DNA from: Octopus bimaculoides
Lineage: Eukaryota
NCBI RefSeq assembly: GCF_001194135.2
Contig: NC_068984.1
Coordinates: 71,149,923 to 71,213,922, forward strand
Length of the DNA stretch: 64,000 bases
Reading direction: 5' to 3'
The notes beneath the pieces were generated by a model that was not told the DNA's origin, did not search any database, and saw nothing but the letters and a program-made list of their open reading frames with translations. Position numbers and translations under genes: made by a program. Shown piece after piece: positions 63,991 through 64,000 of the stretch. The stretch's first letter is position 1. Each line of letters opens with the position of its first letter.

Positions 63991-64000
63991 AAACGTTAAT

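Overview
AT-rich, microsatellite-dense animal genomic DNA with ten N-gaps. The SINE families and repeat landscape suggest an octopus/cephalopod (inference). No long intact ORF is present; the long ORFs in the track are N-runs or simple repeats. Most of the window is decayed mobile DNA: Penelope-like elements (PLEs), Helitrons, L1/Tx1, CR1, RTE, R4/Dong, mariner, a Tigger-like MITE and many tRNA-derived SINEs. Two things are invisible to the ORF track. (1) At least six intact or near-intact minimal type I hammerhead ribozymes (HHRs), plus several decayed ones. These include a 351-nt head-to-tail tandem repeat with an intact HHR in each copy (35981-36680, retrozyme-like), a PLE remnant with inverted HHR-bearing termini next to it, and a ~490-bp HHR-bearing tandem/inverted array (12940-15000). 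(2) A probable minus-strand host gene built from very short, phase-compatible exons (45, 18, 57, 68, possibly 5, 24, 32, 19 nt, and further candidates) that I could not assign to a family. The intact HHRs at 35.6-36.5 kb lie in sense orientation inside one of its putative introns.
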